A stretch of 64,000 nt of DNA from an uncultured bacterium (GCA_963732385.1 CAVSZB010000007.1:1248001-1312000); one strand, 5' to 3'. Shown: positions 31,779 through 43,529, numbered from the stretch's first letter. Numbers and translations: made by a program. Notes: a model not told the origin generated them from the sequence alone.

Positions 31779-33447
31779 TCAGCCAGCCCTGCCGGCGCGA
31801 ACCTCGTCCTTGATCCGCTTGACGTGGCCGCGGCCGAGTCCCTTCACCTCGCAGCCGAGTTCGAAGTAGCGGCGGATCTTCGCGTCGTCGAGCAGGCCGA
31901 AGCAGTCGATGATCGCCAGCGGGCCTCCCGCGCCGTTCACCACCGCGTCGGGATCGAGCTGCAGGTACTGGCTGTGGCGCACCGCGAAGATGACCGCGTC
32001 ACAGCCGCGCAGCGCCGTGGCGAGGTCCTTCTGCACTTCCAGCTGCGTCAGCTTGTCCTGGTCGCGGAAGAAGCGGGCCAGGCTGCGGCCGGGCGACGGG
32101 TAGCTGTCCTGCTGCGTCGAACTCCCACCACTGCTCCACGTACGGATCGTGCACGCGGATCTCCGCGCCCATCTCGGTCAGCTTGCGCACCAGCAGTTCG
32201 GAGCCGCTGTAGCGGGTGTCCCCCACATCCTCGCGGTAGCTGGCGCCCAGAACGAGCACGCCGGCCATCGCCACCGGACGACTCATATTGCGCAGGGCGT
32301 CGCGCACCAGCTCGGCGGCGTGCAGGGGGCGCGTGTCGTTGATGTCAATCGCGGCGCCGGTCATCATGAAGATGTCGTCGTTCCAGCCGTGGATGTGGCG
32401 GTAGGCCCAGAGACCGAGGCCACCGTCCTTGGGCAGGCAGTAGCCGCCGATGCCGGGACCGGGGAACATGATGTTCGAATGCGTGGGGCGCACCTTCACG
32501 GCCTGGATCACCTTGAGCAGGTCCACGCCGTTGCGTTCGGCGAACAGGCTCCACTCGTCCATGAAGGCGAGCAGCGTGGCGCGGAAGCTGTTCTCCACGA
32601 TCTTCGCCGTCTCCGACTCGATCGGCCGGTCGAGCACGGTGAGCGGGAAGTCCTGCGTGTTGAGCACTTCGCGCAGGAACTTCTCCACCCGTTGGCGCGA
32701 CTCCTCGTTCACGCCGCTGCAGACGCGCCAGAAGTCGCGGATGCTCGCCACGTAGTTGCGCCCCGGCATGACCCGCTCGTAGCTGTGCGCCAGCACCGGA
32801 TCGGCGTCGATCCCGCGGGCGCGGAAACTCTTCTTGAGGATCGGGAAGGCGATCTGCTCGGTGGTGCCGGGAGCGACCGTGGTCTCGATCAGGGTCAGGC
32901 AGTGCGCCGGGATCCGTTCGCCGATGACGTGGAACGACTGCTCGAGCGCCGCCATGTCGACCTGGCCGGTGCGCACGTCGCCCAGATCGTTCTTGAGATA
33001 GTCGCACTGCACGTCCACCACGACCGTGTCGGCCAGCTTGAGCACGTCGTAGATCCAGGTGGCGATGAGCGTCTTCTTATCGAGGACGGTGGCGCGGATG
33101 ATCCGATCCACCTCGGGATCCTCGGCGCTCACCGGCGGCTCGCCGCGGTTGAGCAGCGGGATCTTCCAGAAGCTGCGCACGCTCGGGCGCTGCATGCCGA
33201 TGACGAACTTGCTGGGCTTGCCGCCGGCGTCGACAGCGTCGGCGCAGACGGCGGCCATGACCGCCCCCACGAAGCCGACCCCCATCACGACGACGATCTC
33301 GCGGCCGAGCGCGCGCTGCTGATCGACGATGGCGGATAACCGCGCGAACTCGGCGCCAGCGTCGCCGGGGCGCGGCAGCGGGAACCGCTCGCCGGCCGGC
33401 GAAGCGGAAAACGGGGCGGAATCCGGAATATTCGCAGTCGTCGCCAT
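31779..33447 (-). CDS. UDP-glucose/GDP-mannose dehydrogenase family protein (apparent frameshift near 32114)
   Basis: GVGFVG Rossmann motif, ETTVAPGTT, SYERVMPG, KIVENSFR, PGPGIGGYCLPKD, GASYREDVGDTRYS; C-terminus in ORF 31779..32036. Confidence 0.88.
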
Positions 33448-33636
33448 CCTGCTCTCCTTGGCTGACCCGTGGGCGATGCCGCTCCTTGCGGCGCTCCCCC
33501 CATTGTCCGTCGTCGGGCGCCCAAGCGCCAGTCCGCAGTGCGCCGCCAGCCGCCGCCGGCCCTCGCCCGGCGCGGCTTCCCCTTTGCGGCGCGGGCGGGC
33601 GGCGTGCTATCGTCCCGCCACGAAAGGGGATGCCAC

Positions 33637-34872
33637 ATGCGCCTCGTCACTGTCTGGTGCGCCCTGCTCGCGATCGCCGGCACCGCCACCGCGGCCCCCC
33701 CGCCACCGGTCGGGGGCACCATCACCATCGTGGAGAGCTTTCCCGTCGGCACTCCGTACGACCTGCCGCAGCTGCCCAACGCCCCCGACGTCTGGCGCGA
33801 GATGATCGGCCGGGCGCGGCACAGCCTCGACATCGAGTCCTTCTACTTCAGCGAAGATCCCGGCCGCGACGACCCGCTCGACGCGGTGCTGGCCGCGGTC
33901 GAGGCCGCCGCGCGCCGCGGCGTGAAGGTCCGCGCGCTTGCCGACCGGAAGATGAACGCCACCTATCCCGAAATCTGCGGCCGCCTCGGCGCGTGGCCCG
34001 GCGCGGAGTGCCGTCTGCTCGACGCCCGCGCGCTCTGGGGCGGGGTGCAGCACGCGAAGCTGTTCCTGGTGGACGGCGAGGAATTCTACGTCGGCAGCCA
34101 GAACTGGGACTGGCGCGCGCTCGAGCACATCCGCGAAACCGGCGCCCGCGTGCGCAGCCCTCTCCTCGCCGCAGCGCTCGGGCGGGTGTTCGCGCTCGAC
34201 TGGGCGCTGGCGGGCGGGGGCGGCCTGGCCGACGCCGGGCTGCCGGCCGCACCGCCGGTCTGTCGCGACCGTCTCCTCACCTCCGGTGGCGACACCGTCG
34301 ACGTGGCGCTGGCGGCGAGCCCGCCGCAGGGCCTGCCGCCGGGCGTGCCGTGGGACTGGCCGCTCCTCGAGGCGACCATCGACTCGGCGCGCGCCCGCGT
34401 GCGGCTGCAACTGCTCTCGTACAGCCCCGGCGAGCGGGGCGGCGGCTACTGGGACGATCTCGACGCCGCGCTACGACGCGCCGCCGCCCGCGGCGTGCAG
34501 GTGGAGATCATCCTGTCCAACTGGGCCAAGCGGAAATCTGCGCTGTCGTGGATCAGGAGCCTGGCCGCGGCCCCCAACGTCGCCGTGCGGTTCACTAACA
34601 TCCCCGAAGCGACGACCGGGTACATCCCCTTCGCCCGCGTCGAACACGCCAAGTACCTGATCGCCGACGACAACGCCTGCTGGCTCGGCACCTCGAACGG
34701 CTCGCGCGACTACTTTCACGAATCGCGCAACGTCAGCCTGTTCATCCGCGGCCGCCCCGGCCACGGCGTGGCCGCCGACCTGGCCGCCGTCTTCGCCACC
34801 AGCTGGAACGGTCCCTACGCCGAACCGGTCAGCCCGTGCGGCGAGTACACGCCGCCCCGAACCGGAGAGTAG
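33637..34872 (+). CDS. Exported phospholipase D superfamily protein (two HKD motifs)
   Basis: Signal peptide; QHAKLFLVD..YVGSQNWDWRAL and EHAKYLIAD..LGTSN. Confidence 0.88.
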   Translation: MRLVTVWCALLAIAGTATAAPPPPVGGTITIVESFPVGTPYDLPQLPNAPDVWREMIGRARHSLDIESFYFSEDPGRDDPLDAVLAAVEAAARRGVKVRALADRKMNATYPEICGRLGAWPGAECRLLDARALWGGVQHAKLFLVDGEEFYVGSQNWDWRALEHIRETGARVRSPLLAAALGRVFALDWALAGGGGLADAGLPAAPPVCRDRLLTSGGDTVDVALAASPPQGLPPGVPWDWPLLEATIDSARARVRLQLLSYSPGERGGGYWDDLDAALRRAAARGVQVEIILSNWAKRKSALSWIRSLAAAPNVAVRFTNIPEATTGYIPFARVEHAKYLIADDNACWLGTSNGSRDYFHESRNVSLFIRGRPGHGVAADLAAVFATSWNGPYAEPVSPCGEYTPPRTGE

Positions 34873-34887
34873 AGGGAGGGAATCGAG

Positions 34888-35448
34888 ATGGCGCGCGTGC
34901 CGGCCCGACTCGAGAAGAAGAGCTGCGTCCTCATCGTGGTGGACGTGCAGGAGCGGTTCCGGGATCTGATCGCCGACATGGACGGGGTCATCCTCGCCTG
35001 CGGGCGATTGATCCGCTTCTGCGACCGACTCGACATCCCGATCGTCGTCACGGAGCAGTACCCGCGGGCCCTCGGCCGCACCGTGCCGGAACTGGCGTCG
35101 CTCGTGCCCGACTACGCGCCGATCGAGAAGCTGACCTTCTCGTGCGCGGGCGATCGCCATTTCGGCGCCCGGCTGCAGGTGCTGGGCCGCTCGCAGGTGA
35201 TCCTGTGCGGCATCGAAACGCACGTCTGCGTCTACCAGACGGCGTTCGACCTGCTGGCGCAGGGGCGGCAGGTCGCGGTGGCGGCCGACGCGGTGTCGTC
35301 CCGCCTGTCGGCGAATCGCGACCTGGGCCTGGCCCGGATGCGCGAACTGGGCGCGCCGTTGATGCCGGCCGAAATGATCATGTTCGAGATCCTGCGCGAA
35401 GCCGGCACCGCCGACTTCAAGGCGGTCGCCGACCTGCTGAAGGGATAG
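34888..35448 (+). CDS. Isochorismatase-family hydrolase
   Basis: VDVQERF, TEQYPRALGRTV, EKLTFSC, GIETHVCVYQT. Confidence 0.9.
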   Translation: MARVPARLEKKSCVLIVVDVQERFRDLIADMDGVILACGRLIRFCDRLDIPIVVTEQYPRALGRTVPELASLVPDYAPIEKLTFSCAGDRHFGARLQVLGRSQVILCGIETHVCVYQTAFDLLAQGRQVAVAADAVSSRLSANRDLGLARMRELGAPLMPAEMIMFEILREAGTADFKAVADLLKG

Positions 35449-35454
35449 TCCGCC

Positions 35455-36018
35455 ATGCCGCTGCCGTTTTTTCCCACCCCCGGCCGCCGCCGACGCGCCC
35501 GGCTCGCCGCCCTCCCCGCGGAGGTACGCGCCGAACTGAACGCCGCGCCCCCGTCACCTTTGGCCGCCCCGCTGCTGGCCGGCGCCGCGGTCGGCGTGGC
35601 GCTGGCCTGCGGGCTCAGCCTGTTCGCCTGGACCTCCCTGCCCGACCATATCCCGTCCCACTTCGGCCCCGACGGCCGCGCCGACGCCTGGGACGGCCGG
35701 AGCACCCTGTTCATCTTCCCCGTCATGACCCTGTTCCTGTTCGGCATGATGACCCTGCTGACCCGCTCTCCCGCCACCTACAACTACCCCTTCGCCATCA
35801 CGCGCGACAACGCCCGCCGCCAGGCCACGCTCGCCATGGGCCTGATCGCCTGGCTCCGCTTCGCCACCATCTGGCTGATGACCTACCTGGAATACGGCGT
35901 CATCGCCGCCGCGCGCGACGAAAACGCCACCCTCGGCTACTGGTTCCTGCCGGTCGTGCTGCTGCTGATCGTCGGGCCGGTGGTCGGGTACCTTGTCGCG
36001 GCGTGGCGGGGGCGGTAG
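35455..36018 (+). CDS. DUF1648-domain membrane protein
   Basis: LPDHIPSHFGPDGRADAW motif, YNYPF, four TM helices. Confidence 0.8.
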   Translation: MPLPFFPTPGRRRRARLAALPAEVRAELNAAPPSPLAAPLLAGAAVGVALACGLSLFAWTSLPDHIPSHFGPDGRADAWDGRSTLFIFPVMTLFLFGMMTLLTRSPATYNYPFAITRDNARRQATLAMGLIAWLRFATIWLMTYLEYGVIAAARDENATLGYWFLPVVLLLIVGPVVGYLVAAWRGR

Positions 36019-36021
36019 CCT

Positions 36022-37428
<1,407 letters not shown>

Positions 37429-37446
37429 GCCCACCTCCGCCGCGCG

Positions 37447-38538
37447 TCAGGCCGGCGCGACCGGGAAGTCCACCGTCACCCGCGCGCCGCCCGCCTCGCG
37501 GTTCACGGCGCCGATGCGCGCCCCGTGATCCTCGGCGATGCGGTGGCAGATCGCCAGCCCCAGCCCGGTACCGGCGGGGCGCGTGGAGAAGAACGGCGTG
37601 CCGAAATTCTCCAGCGCGTCGGCGGTGAAACCGGGCCCGTCATCCTCCACCGTGAGCGTGTTGAGTTCCTCGTGGCGGACCACCCGCACCGCGACCTCGC
37701 CGCTGGCGCCCGCCGCTTCGCCCGCGTTGAGCACCAGGTTGAGCAGGAGCTGGCGCAGCTGCTCGCGGTCGCCGGTCACCAGGCACACCTCCGCCGGACG
37801 CGGACCGGTCAGGTGCGGCGCCCCCTCGCGGTGCGCGGCCAGTTCGAGGACCTGTCGCGCCTCGGCCGCCAGATCGACCGTTTCGCGCGCTCCCGGCTGC
37901 GGTCGGGCGAAGGCGAGGAAGCGGGTCAGCACGCCGTTGAGACGACCCGCCTCCTCCGTCAGAACCCGCACCAGGCGTCCCTTGGGATGAGGCGCCGGAA
38001 AATCGTCGGCCAGCACCTCGGCCGCCCCCTGGATCGAGGCGAGCGGATTGCGGATCTCGTGCGCCAGTCCGGCCGACAGCCGCCCCACCGCGGCCATCCG
38101 CGCCTGCCGCACGAGCTGCGTCTCCATCTCCGCCTTCTCGCGCAGCGCCCGCTCGAGACCGACGGCGGTGGCCTGCAGTTCGTCGCGCGTCTGCCGTTCG
38201 CGGGAGACCAGCACGCCCGAGACGAGGCCCACGGCCAGATAGAGCAGCATCTCGAGCCCCTTCTCCAGCGTGGGCGCGGGATCGCGGCCGATCAGGCCGA
38301 ACGCGTGCGGCGCGTAGAGCGCGCAGACGGCCAGCGACGTGGCGAGACTGGCCGGCCAGCCCCCCAGGAACGCGGCGAAGATGATCGGGAAGTAGTAGAG
38401 GCGACGGTAGATGCCGTGCGCGCCGTGCAGGTGGAACGACGTATTGTAATGCAGCAGGGAGATGACGACGACCATCAGCGCGATGACCGCATAGCGCTCG
38501 CGCACCCGGCTGCCGGCGGGCGGCCCGGCGCCGCTCAC
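37447..38538 (-). CDS. Membrane sensor histidine kinase with His-rich intramembrane input domain
   Basis: LLHYNTSFHLHGAHGIYRRLYY..YAPH TM segment; AHEIRNPL H-box; N, D/G and GTGLGL boxes. Confidence 0.9.
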   Translation of the reverse strand: MSGAGPPAGSRVRERYAVIALMVVVISLLHYNTSFHLHGAHGIYRRLYYFPIIFAAFLGGWPASLATSLAVCALYAPHAFGLIGRDPAPTLEKGLEMLLYLAVGLVSGVLVSRERQTRDELQATAVGLERALREKAEMETQLVRQARMAAVGRLSAGLAHEIRNPLASIQGAAEVLADDFPAPHPKGRLVRVLTEEAGRLNGVLTRFLAFARPQPGARETVDLAAEARQVLELAAHREGAPHLTGPRPAEVCLVTGDREQLRQLLLNLVLNAGEAAGASGEVAVRVVRHEELNTLTVEDDGPGFTADALENFGTPFFSTRPAGTGLGLAICHRIAEDHGARIGAVNREAGGARVTVDFPVAPA

Positions 38539-39698
38539 GGCGCGCCGCCTTCCATCACCACGACCACCTCGATACGACGATTCTGCTCGCGGCCGGCCGC
38601 GGTCTGGTTGGAGACGAGCGGTCGATCGGGCCCGACCCCCTCCACGGTCACCGCGCGCGCCGCCAAAGCTCCGAGCCGGACCCGCAACTCCGCCGCCACC
38701 GCTTCGGCGCGGGCGCGAGCCAGGCGCAGATTCTCGGCGCGGCCGCCGCTATCGTCGGTGTGCCCCTCCACCCGCAGCGCGGCGCCGGGAAACGCCGATA
38801 CCGCCGCCACCACTGCCGCCAGGGCCTCCGCCATGGCGGGGGTGACCTCGGTCCTGCCGGCGCCGAAGGCCAGGCCAGGGTGGCGCAGCACCAGGTCGCC
38901 CGTGGGACTCAGCGCCGCCGCACCGCCCGCGGCCATGAAGAGGTCGGTGACCTGGCGCACCAGGGCGGCGCGCTCCCGTCCCGCCCGCAGGTGCGCTTCG
39001 ACCGCCGCGCGGTCCGCCTCGGCCACGCCGGCGCGCAGTTCCATCTCCCAGAGACTCTGCTGCAGGTCGCTCAGATGCCGGCGCAGGTCGGCCAGTGACG
39101 AATCGCGCGCGACCAGCTCGAGCTGCAGCGTTTCCCGCTCCAGACGCCGTTCGGCCCCGAGCGAATCGGCCAGCCCCAGACAGCGCAAACGCCTCCGGCC
39201 CACGGAATCGACCACGGCACGCGCGAGTTCCACGCCGGCTGCGGCCGGATCCGGCGCCACCCCCGCGGCCCGCGCGCAGGCGCGCAGATCGCGGTCGTAG
39301 ACATCGGCCACCGCCTGCCAGGCCTGCTTCTGGCGCCGCAGGTCGCGCACGAACCGGGCCGTGAGCCACAGATGCGTGGCGGAAACCTGCGCATCCTGCA
39401 CGGCGGCGGCGCAGGCGCCGGCGCGCGCCCCGTCGGGATCGGCCGCGATCCGCGCCGCCGCGGCGGACACCGCCGCCTCGGCCGCGTCGTGCAGGCGGGG
39501 CAGCGTCTTGCCGGCCCCCAGCGCCTTCGCCTCAGCGAGCGCGGTCCGCGCCGGCGCGAGCAGCTCGGACTGCAAAGCCAGCGTTGCCGGATCCACCGCC
39601 GGCTTTCCCGCCCGCCCCGCCGACGCCGCCAGACACGCCGCAGTCGCCAGAGCCAGCGCGACCCCCCGTCCACCCGACCGCCATCCGCGTCTCCTCAT
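38535..39698 (-). CDS. OmpA/MotB C-terminal domain protein with N-terminal coiled coil
   Basis: VEGHTDDSG..NLRLARARAEAV..GPDRPLVSN..GREQNRRIEVV. Confidence 0.82.
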   Translation of the reverse strand: MRRRGWRSGGRGVALALATAACLAASAGRAGKPAVDPATLALQSELLAPARTALAEAKALGAGKTLPRLHDAAEAAVSAAAARIAADPDGARAGACAAAVQDAQVSATHLWLTARFVRDLRRQKQAWQAVADVYDRDLRACARAAGVAPDPAAAGVELARAVVDSVGRRRLRCLGLADSLGAERRLERETLQLELVARDSSLADLRRHLSDLQQSLWEMELRAGVAEADRAAVEAHLRAGRERAALVRQVTDLFMAAGGAAALSPTGDLVLRHPGLAFGAGRTEVTPAMAEALAAVVAAVSAFPGAALRVEGHTDDSGGRAENLRLARARAEAVAAELRVRLGALAARAVTVEGVGPDRPLVSNQTAAGREQNRRIEVVVVMEGGAP

Positions 39699-40726
39699 CC
39701 GTGCGACCTCCGGTCCGCTTCCCCCACGACCGCCACCGCGTCGATCGCGGCCGCGACCACCGCGTCCACCCCGACGGTCTCCAGACAGTTCCACAGCCGG
39801 CACCGCGGGCCGAGACAGGCCAGCCGGGCCGGGCAGAGCACGTCCGGAGCAACCGACCGCGCGCGCGGTCCGAGCGGCCCCCAGCGCTCCGCGCTCTGGA
39901 CCGGCACCGGCGACATCACCCCCACGGCCGCCAGGCCGAGCGCCGCCGCCAGATGCAGCGGCCCGGTGCTCGGGGCGACCATCAGGTCGCCGCCCGACAG
40001 CACACCGAGCAGCTCGCGCAGGTCATAACGACCGGCGAGCGACGTCACCGCCGGACCGGCCGCGGCGGCCGCGGCCGCCACCGCCTCGCCATCGCTCTCG
40101 CCGCCGGTGAGGAAGAGGCGCCAGCCGTCGCGCATCGCCAGCCTGGCCGCCGCAGCGCCGAAACGCTCCGGCGGCCAGCCGAGCGCCGAGCCGCCCGAAC
40201 CGGCGTGGACGAACGCCACCACCGCGGACCCGGGCGCCGCCGTCGCGCGGAAGCGACGGCCCGCCTGGAGCTGCGCCCCGCTCAACGCCAGGCGCGGCGC
40301 GGCAAACTCTCCCCCCGCCTCCTCCCGCGCCAGCGCGGCCACGAGCCCCACGTTGTAGTCGCGTTCGTGCAATCCCCCCCGGGATCGCCGCTGCCACACG
40401 CCGCGGCTGAGCAGCAGCCAGCTCGTCCACCGCGAGAGCGGCCCCACACGTCGCCGCACGCCGATCCGCCGCAAATGCGCCGCCACCGCGCGGTCGTACA
40501 CCAGCAGCACCGCGGCGTCGAACCGCTCCGCGCCGAGCCGCGGCGCGTCGTCGGGCCAGGTCCAGACGCGCGCCAGTCCCGGTTCGTGCTCCACGAGCGG
40601 CACCGCGCGCGCCGCCACCAGCGCGTGGATCTCCCAGGCCCGACGGTGCGCCTTCAGCCAGGCGATCGCCGGCAACGACAACACGACGTCGCCCAGCTTG
40701 TCGGTGCGCGAGATGAGGACCTTCAC
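39695..40726 (-). CDS. Glycosyltransferase family 9 (LPS heptosyltransferase-like)
   Basis: RTDKLGDVVLSLP, HAGSGGS..WP, STGPLHLAAALG, WGP. Confidence 0.88.
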   Translation of the reverse strand: MKVLISRTDKLGDVVLSLPAIAWLKAHRRAWEIHALVAARAVPLVEHEPGLARVWTWPDDAPRLGAERFDAAVLLVYDRAVAAHLRRIGVRRRVGPLSRWTSWLLLSRGVWQRRSRGGLHERDYNVGLVAALAREEAGGEFAAPRLALSGAQLQAGRRFRATAAPGSAVVAFVHAGSGGSALGWPPERFGAAAARLAMRDGWRLFLTGGESDGEAVAAAAAAAGPAVTSLAGRYDLRELLGVLSGGDLMVAPSTGPLHLAAALGLAAVGVMSPVPVQSAERWGPLGPRARSVAPDVLCPARLACLGPRCRLWNCLETVGVDAVVAAAIDAVAVVGEADRRSHG

Positions 40727-41466
40727 GGCCGACCGGCCCGCCAGATCTTCACGTACTTGACGAGCACGTAGTACGCCGAGCAGAGGCAGAGCACGAGCCC
40801 GTGCCAGCCGTCGAGGAAGCCGAGGCGCAGGAAGTACATGCGCAGGAACGTCAGCTTCGCCCGCAGCACCGCTCCCGGCAGCGACGCGCGCCGCCCCGCC
40901 CCGATCGCCTCCTGTGCCGCCAACGTCGTGTAACGGTTGAGACGGGCCACGTACTGTTCCATCGTCTCGTACGTGTAGTGACGCAGCAGGCCGTCCAGCC
41001 GCCCCACCGGCCCCCGCACCTCGACCGACTCGTGCACTGGCTTGTCGTTGAAGCCGGACCGCTCCTTGTCGAACAGCCGCACCACCCACTCGGGGTGCCA
41101 GCCGCAGTGCCGGATCCAGCGCCCCAGGAAGCGAGACTGCCGGTTCACCGCATAGGCCGCGTGCGGGGGATCGTCGGCGAGCGCCAGCAGCGAGGCGCGC
41201 AGTTCGGGGGTCAGCTCCTCGTCGGAGTCGATGCTCAGCACCCAGCGGTTGCGGGTGTGCGCCACCGCGGCCGCCTTCGTGCGGCCGAAGCCCTGCCACT
41301 CGCCGCGCACGACGCGGGCGCCGAACCGCTCGCACAGCTGCACCGTGCCGTCGTCGCTCGCCTGATCGAGTACCACGATGTCATCAAGCCCCGCGAGCGA
41401 GACGAGGCAGCGTTCGAGCCCCGCCTCGACCGCGTTATGGGTGATGATCGCCGCCGAGATCCTCAC
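40723..41466 (-). CDS. Glycosyltransferase family 2 (KdtX/WaaE-like)
   Basis: ISAAIITHN, DQASDDGT, WQGFG, WVLSIDSDE, VHE, LGFLDGWHG. Confidence 0.88.
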   Translation of the reverse strand: MRISAAIITHNAVEAGLERCLVSLAGLDDIVVLDQASDDGTVQLCERFGARVVRGEWQGFGRTKAAAVAHTRNRWVLSIDSDEELTPELRASLLALADDPPHAAYAVNRQSRFLGRWIRHCGWHPEWVVRLFDKERSGFNDKPVHESVEVRGPVGRLDGLLRHYTYETMEQYVARLNRYTTLAAQEAIGAGRRASLPGAVLRAKLTFLRMYFLRLGFLDGWHGLVLCLCSAYYVLVKYVKIWRAGRP

Positions 41467-42509
41467 GATACCGCCTCCCGCGCGCCGTCTGGCGCCAGCA
41501 GCACCTTGCCCACGTTCAGCCGGTCCTGCAGCCGATGATGCGCGGCCGCCGCCTCCGCGAACGGGTAGACGCGGTCCACGCGCGGACTCACTCCCCCCTC
41601 CGCCAGCAGGCGCACCAGTTCGGTCATCCAGCCACGCACCCGTTCCCCCTCGTTCCAGAGCTGCCCCAGATTGACCCCCATGACGCCGCGGTTGTCGTTC
41701 ATGAGCCGGATCGGGTTCAGCGCCAGCCACGGCACGCCGGCCAGGGTGCGCAGCACCGCCAGGCGCGACCGCGTCTTGCCGGGCGCCGCGCTCGAAAATC
41801 CGAACAGGACCAGGCGACCGGTCGGCGCCAGAGCCGCGTAACTTTCCCGGATCCAGGCGCCGTGCCGCGGCTCGAGCACCAGGTCCACGCCGCGCCCGCC
41901 GGCCGCCGCCCGCACCGCGGCGGCGAAATCGCGCCGCCGCGAATCGCAGCAGAATTCCACGCCGCGCTCGGCAAGCACCGCGTGTTTGGCCGGCGAAGCG
42001 GAGCCGAACACGCGCGCCCCGGCGCGTCGGCAAAGCTCGACGGCCGCCAGCCCCACGCCACCGGCGGCGCCGTGCACGAGCACGGTGTCGCCCGCCTTCA
42101 CCCCCGCCATCACGACGAGCATCTGCCAGGCGGTGAGGTAGTTGACCGGCAGGGCCGCCGCAATCGTCAGCGGCACGCCGTCGGGCACCGGGAATACCGC
42201 CTCGCGCGCCACGCACAGCAGATCGGCGTAGCCGCCGAACCGGCAGAAGGCCAGCACCCGCTCCCCCACGCGCGCCGCCGGCACCCCCGCGCCCACGGCG
42301 TCGATCACACCGGCCGCCTCGTATCCCGGCACGGCCGGCAGCCGCGGCGCATCGGGGTAGATGCCGAGCCGCATCATCACATCGGCGAAATTGACCCCCG
42401 CCGCGGCCACGCGCAGCCGCACCTGGCCGGGGCCCGGCTCGGGGTCGGGCGCCTCGCGCACCTGCAACGTTTCGGGCGGACCTGCCCGCGTCACCCAGAC
42501 CTGCCGCAT
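41463..42509 (-). CDS. MDR-family NADPH:quinone oxidoreductase (VAT-1-like)
   Basis: AGVNFADVMMRLGIY, PGYEAAG, VNYLTAW, HGAAGGVG, NVGKVLL. Confidence 0.88.
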   Translation of the reverse strand: MRQVWVTRAGPPETLQVREAPDPEPGPGQVRLRVAAAGVNFADVMMRLGIYPDAPRLPAVPGYEAAGVIDAVGAGVPAARVGERVLAFCRFGGYADLLCVAREAVFPVPDGVPLTIAAALPVNYLTAWQMLVVMAGVKAGDTVLVHGAAGGVGLAAVELCRRAGARVFGSASPAKHAVLAERGVEFCCDSRRRDFAAAVRAAAGGRGVDLVLEPRHGAWIRESYAALAPTGRLVLFGFSSAAPGKTRSRLAVLRTLAGVPWLALNPIRLMNDNRGVMGVNLGQLWNEGERVRGWMTELVRLLAEGGVSPRVDRVYPFAEAAAAHHRLQDRLNVGKVLLAPDGAREAVS

Positions 42510-42528
42510 GGCGCCCTCCCTGACCGGT

Positions 42529-42981
42529 TCAACCGGCCGCCGACGCCTGTCCTGCCAGGAATTCCGCCACCACCGCGGCGATTCCCGCCTCGTCGCAGTG
42601 CCGCACGGTCAGCAGCGGCGACGGATTGCCCACGATCATGGCCGACGGCAGCACTTCGGCCAGCGCCGCATCGCGCAGGCAGAGCGTCGGCAGGCCGAGA
42701 CGCAGCGCCTCACCGATTTCGAACCCGACCCCCAGCGACGGCACCGAGATCTCGGCGATCAGCGCGTCGCTCGCGCCCAGCCAGGCCAGGTCGCGCGCGA
42801 AAATGCGCCGCGCGCGATCGGGACCGTTGTCGGCGAAATCGGCAGCGGGGTCGATCACCGGCGTCGACAGCACAACCCACCCCGCCCGCGCAGCCGCCCG
42901 CGCGATCGCCGCCAGTCGCGGCGCGGCGCTCCGGCCCGCCGACATCGCGCCGGCCACGTACAACTGGCGGTCCGGCCTCAC
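42529..42981 (-). CDS. Nucleoside 2-deoxyribosyltransferase / DNPH1(Rcl)-like N-hydrolase
   Basis: YVAGAMSAGR, IFARDLAWL, IAEISVPSLGVGFEIG, SAMIVG. Confidence 0.82.
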   Translation of the reverse strand: MRPDRQLYVAGAMSAGRSAAPRLAAIARAAARAGWVVLSTPVIDPAADFADNGPDRARRIFARDLAWLGASDALIAEISVPSLGVGFEIGEALRLGLPTLCLRDAALAEVLPSAMIVGNPSPLLTVRHCDEAGIAAVVAEFLAGQASAAG

Positions 42982-43529
42982 GGAGCCGGCGTTTTCGCCA
43001 GCGGCGGCAGCGGCTCGCTGGTGATGCGAATGTCATCGATCCAGGCCCGCCCATTGCCGTCGAGCACCAGGTTCACGCGCAGCAGATCAGGCCGCTCGCC
43101 CTTCTCGCAGCGGTACTCGATCCGCACCGGCGTCCAGTTACGCGTCTTGCCGATGACCCCGTCCGGATTGCGCGCCTGCACCTCATTGCGTCCCGGCGCG
43201 TTGATCCAGAGTTCGGGAAAGACCCGGCCGTGGACCCCCACGCTCTTGAGCTGCGCGGTCAGGACGATGAGTCGTCCCTCCAGATCGCGCGGATTGCGTA
43301 TCTCGTACAGGCGCACCGTGCGGGGACGCTCTGACTCGGCGCGCAGCGACCCGCCGCCGTCGGAGCTCTCCTCCCGATCGAACACAACGTTTTCGCCGCC
43401 GCGATCCACGATATCCTGGTCGCCATCCAAGGGGAACGACGCCACTTCCACCGGCCCCCGTCCGCAGCCTCCTGCCGCCAGGGCCGCCGTGATCGCGATG
43501 CTCAGCAAGGACAGAACCACGCGCCGCAT
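42978..43529 (-). CDS. Hypothetical lipoprotein
   Basis: RBS GGGAGG; signal peptide ending AAGGC; beta-rich body ending GRAWIDDIRI. Confidence 0.6.
   Translation of the reverse strand: MRRVVLSLLSIAITAALAAGGCGRGPVEVASFPLDGDQDIVDRGGENVVFDREESSDGGGSLRAESERPRTVRLYEIRNPRDLEGRLIVLTAQLKSVGVHGRVFPELWINAPGRNEVQARNPDGVIGKTRNWTPVRIEYRCEKGERPDLLRVNLVLDGNGRAWIDDIRITSEPLPPLAKTPAP

Noticed and set aside
22220..32120. Programmed ribosomal frameshifting or phase variation as the cause of the frame breaks
   Set aside because: No shared slippery heptamer or long simple-sequence tract at the break sites I inspected, and several breaks per gene across unrelated genes fit sequencing error better
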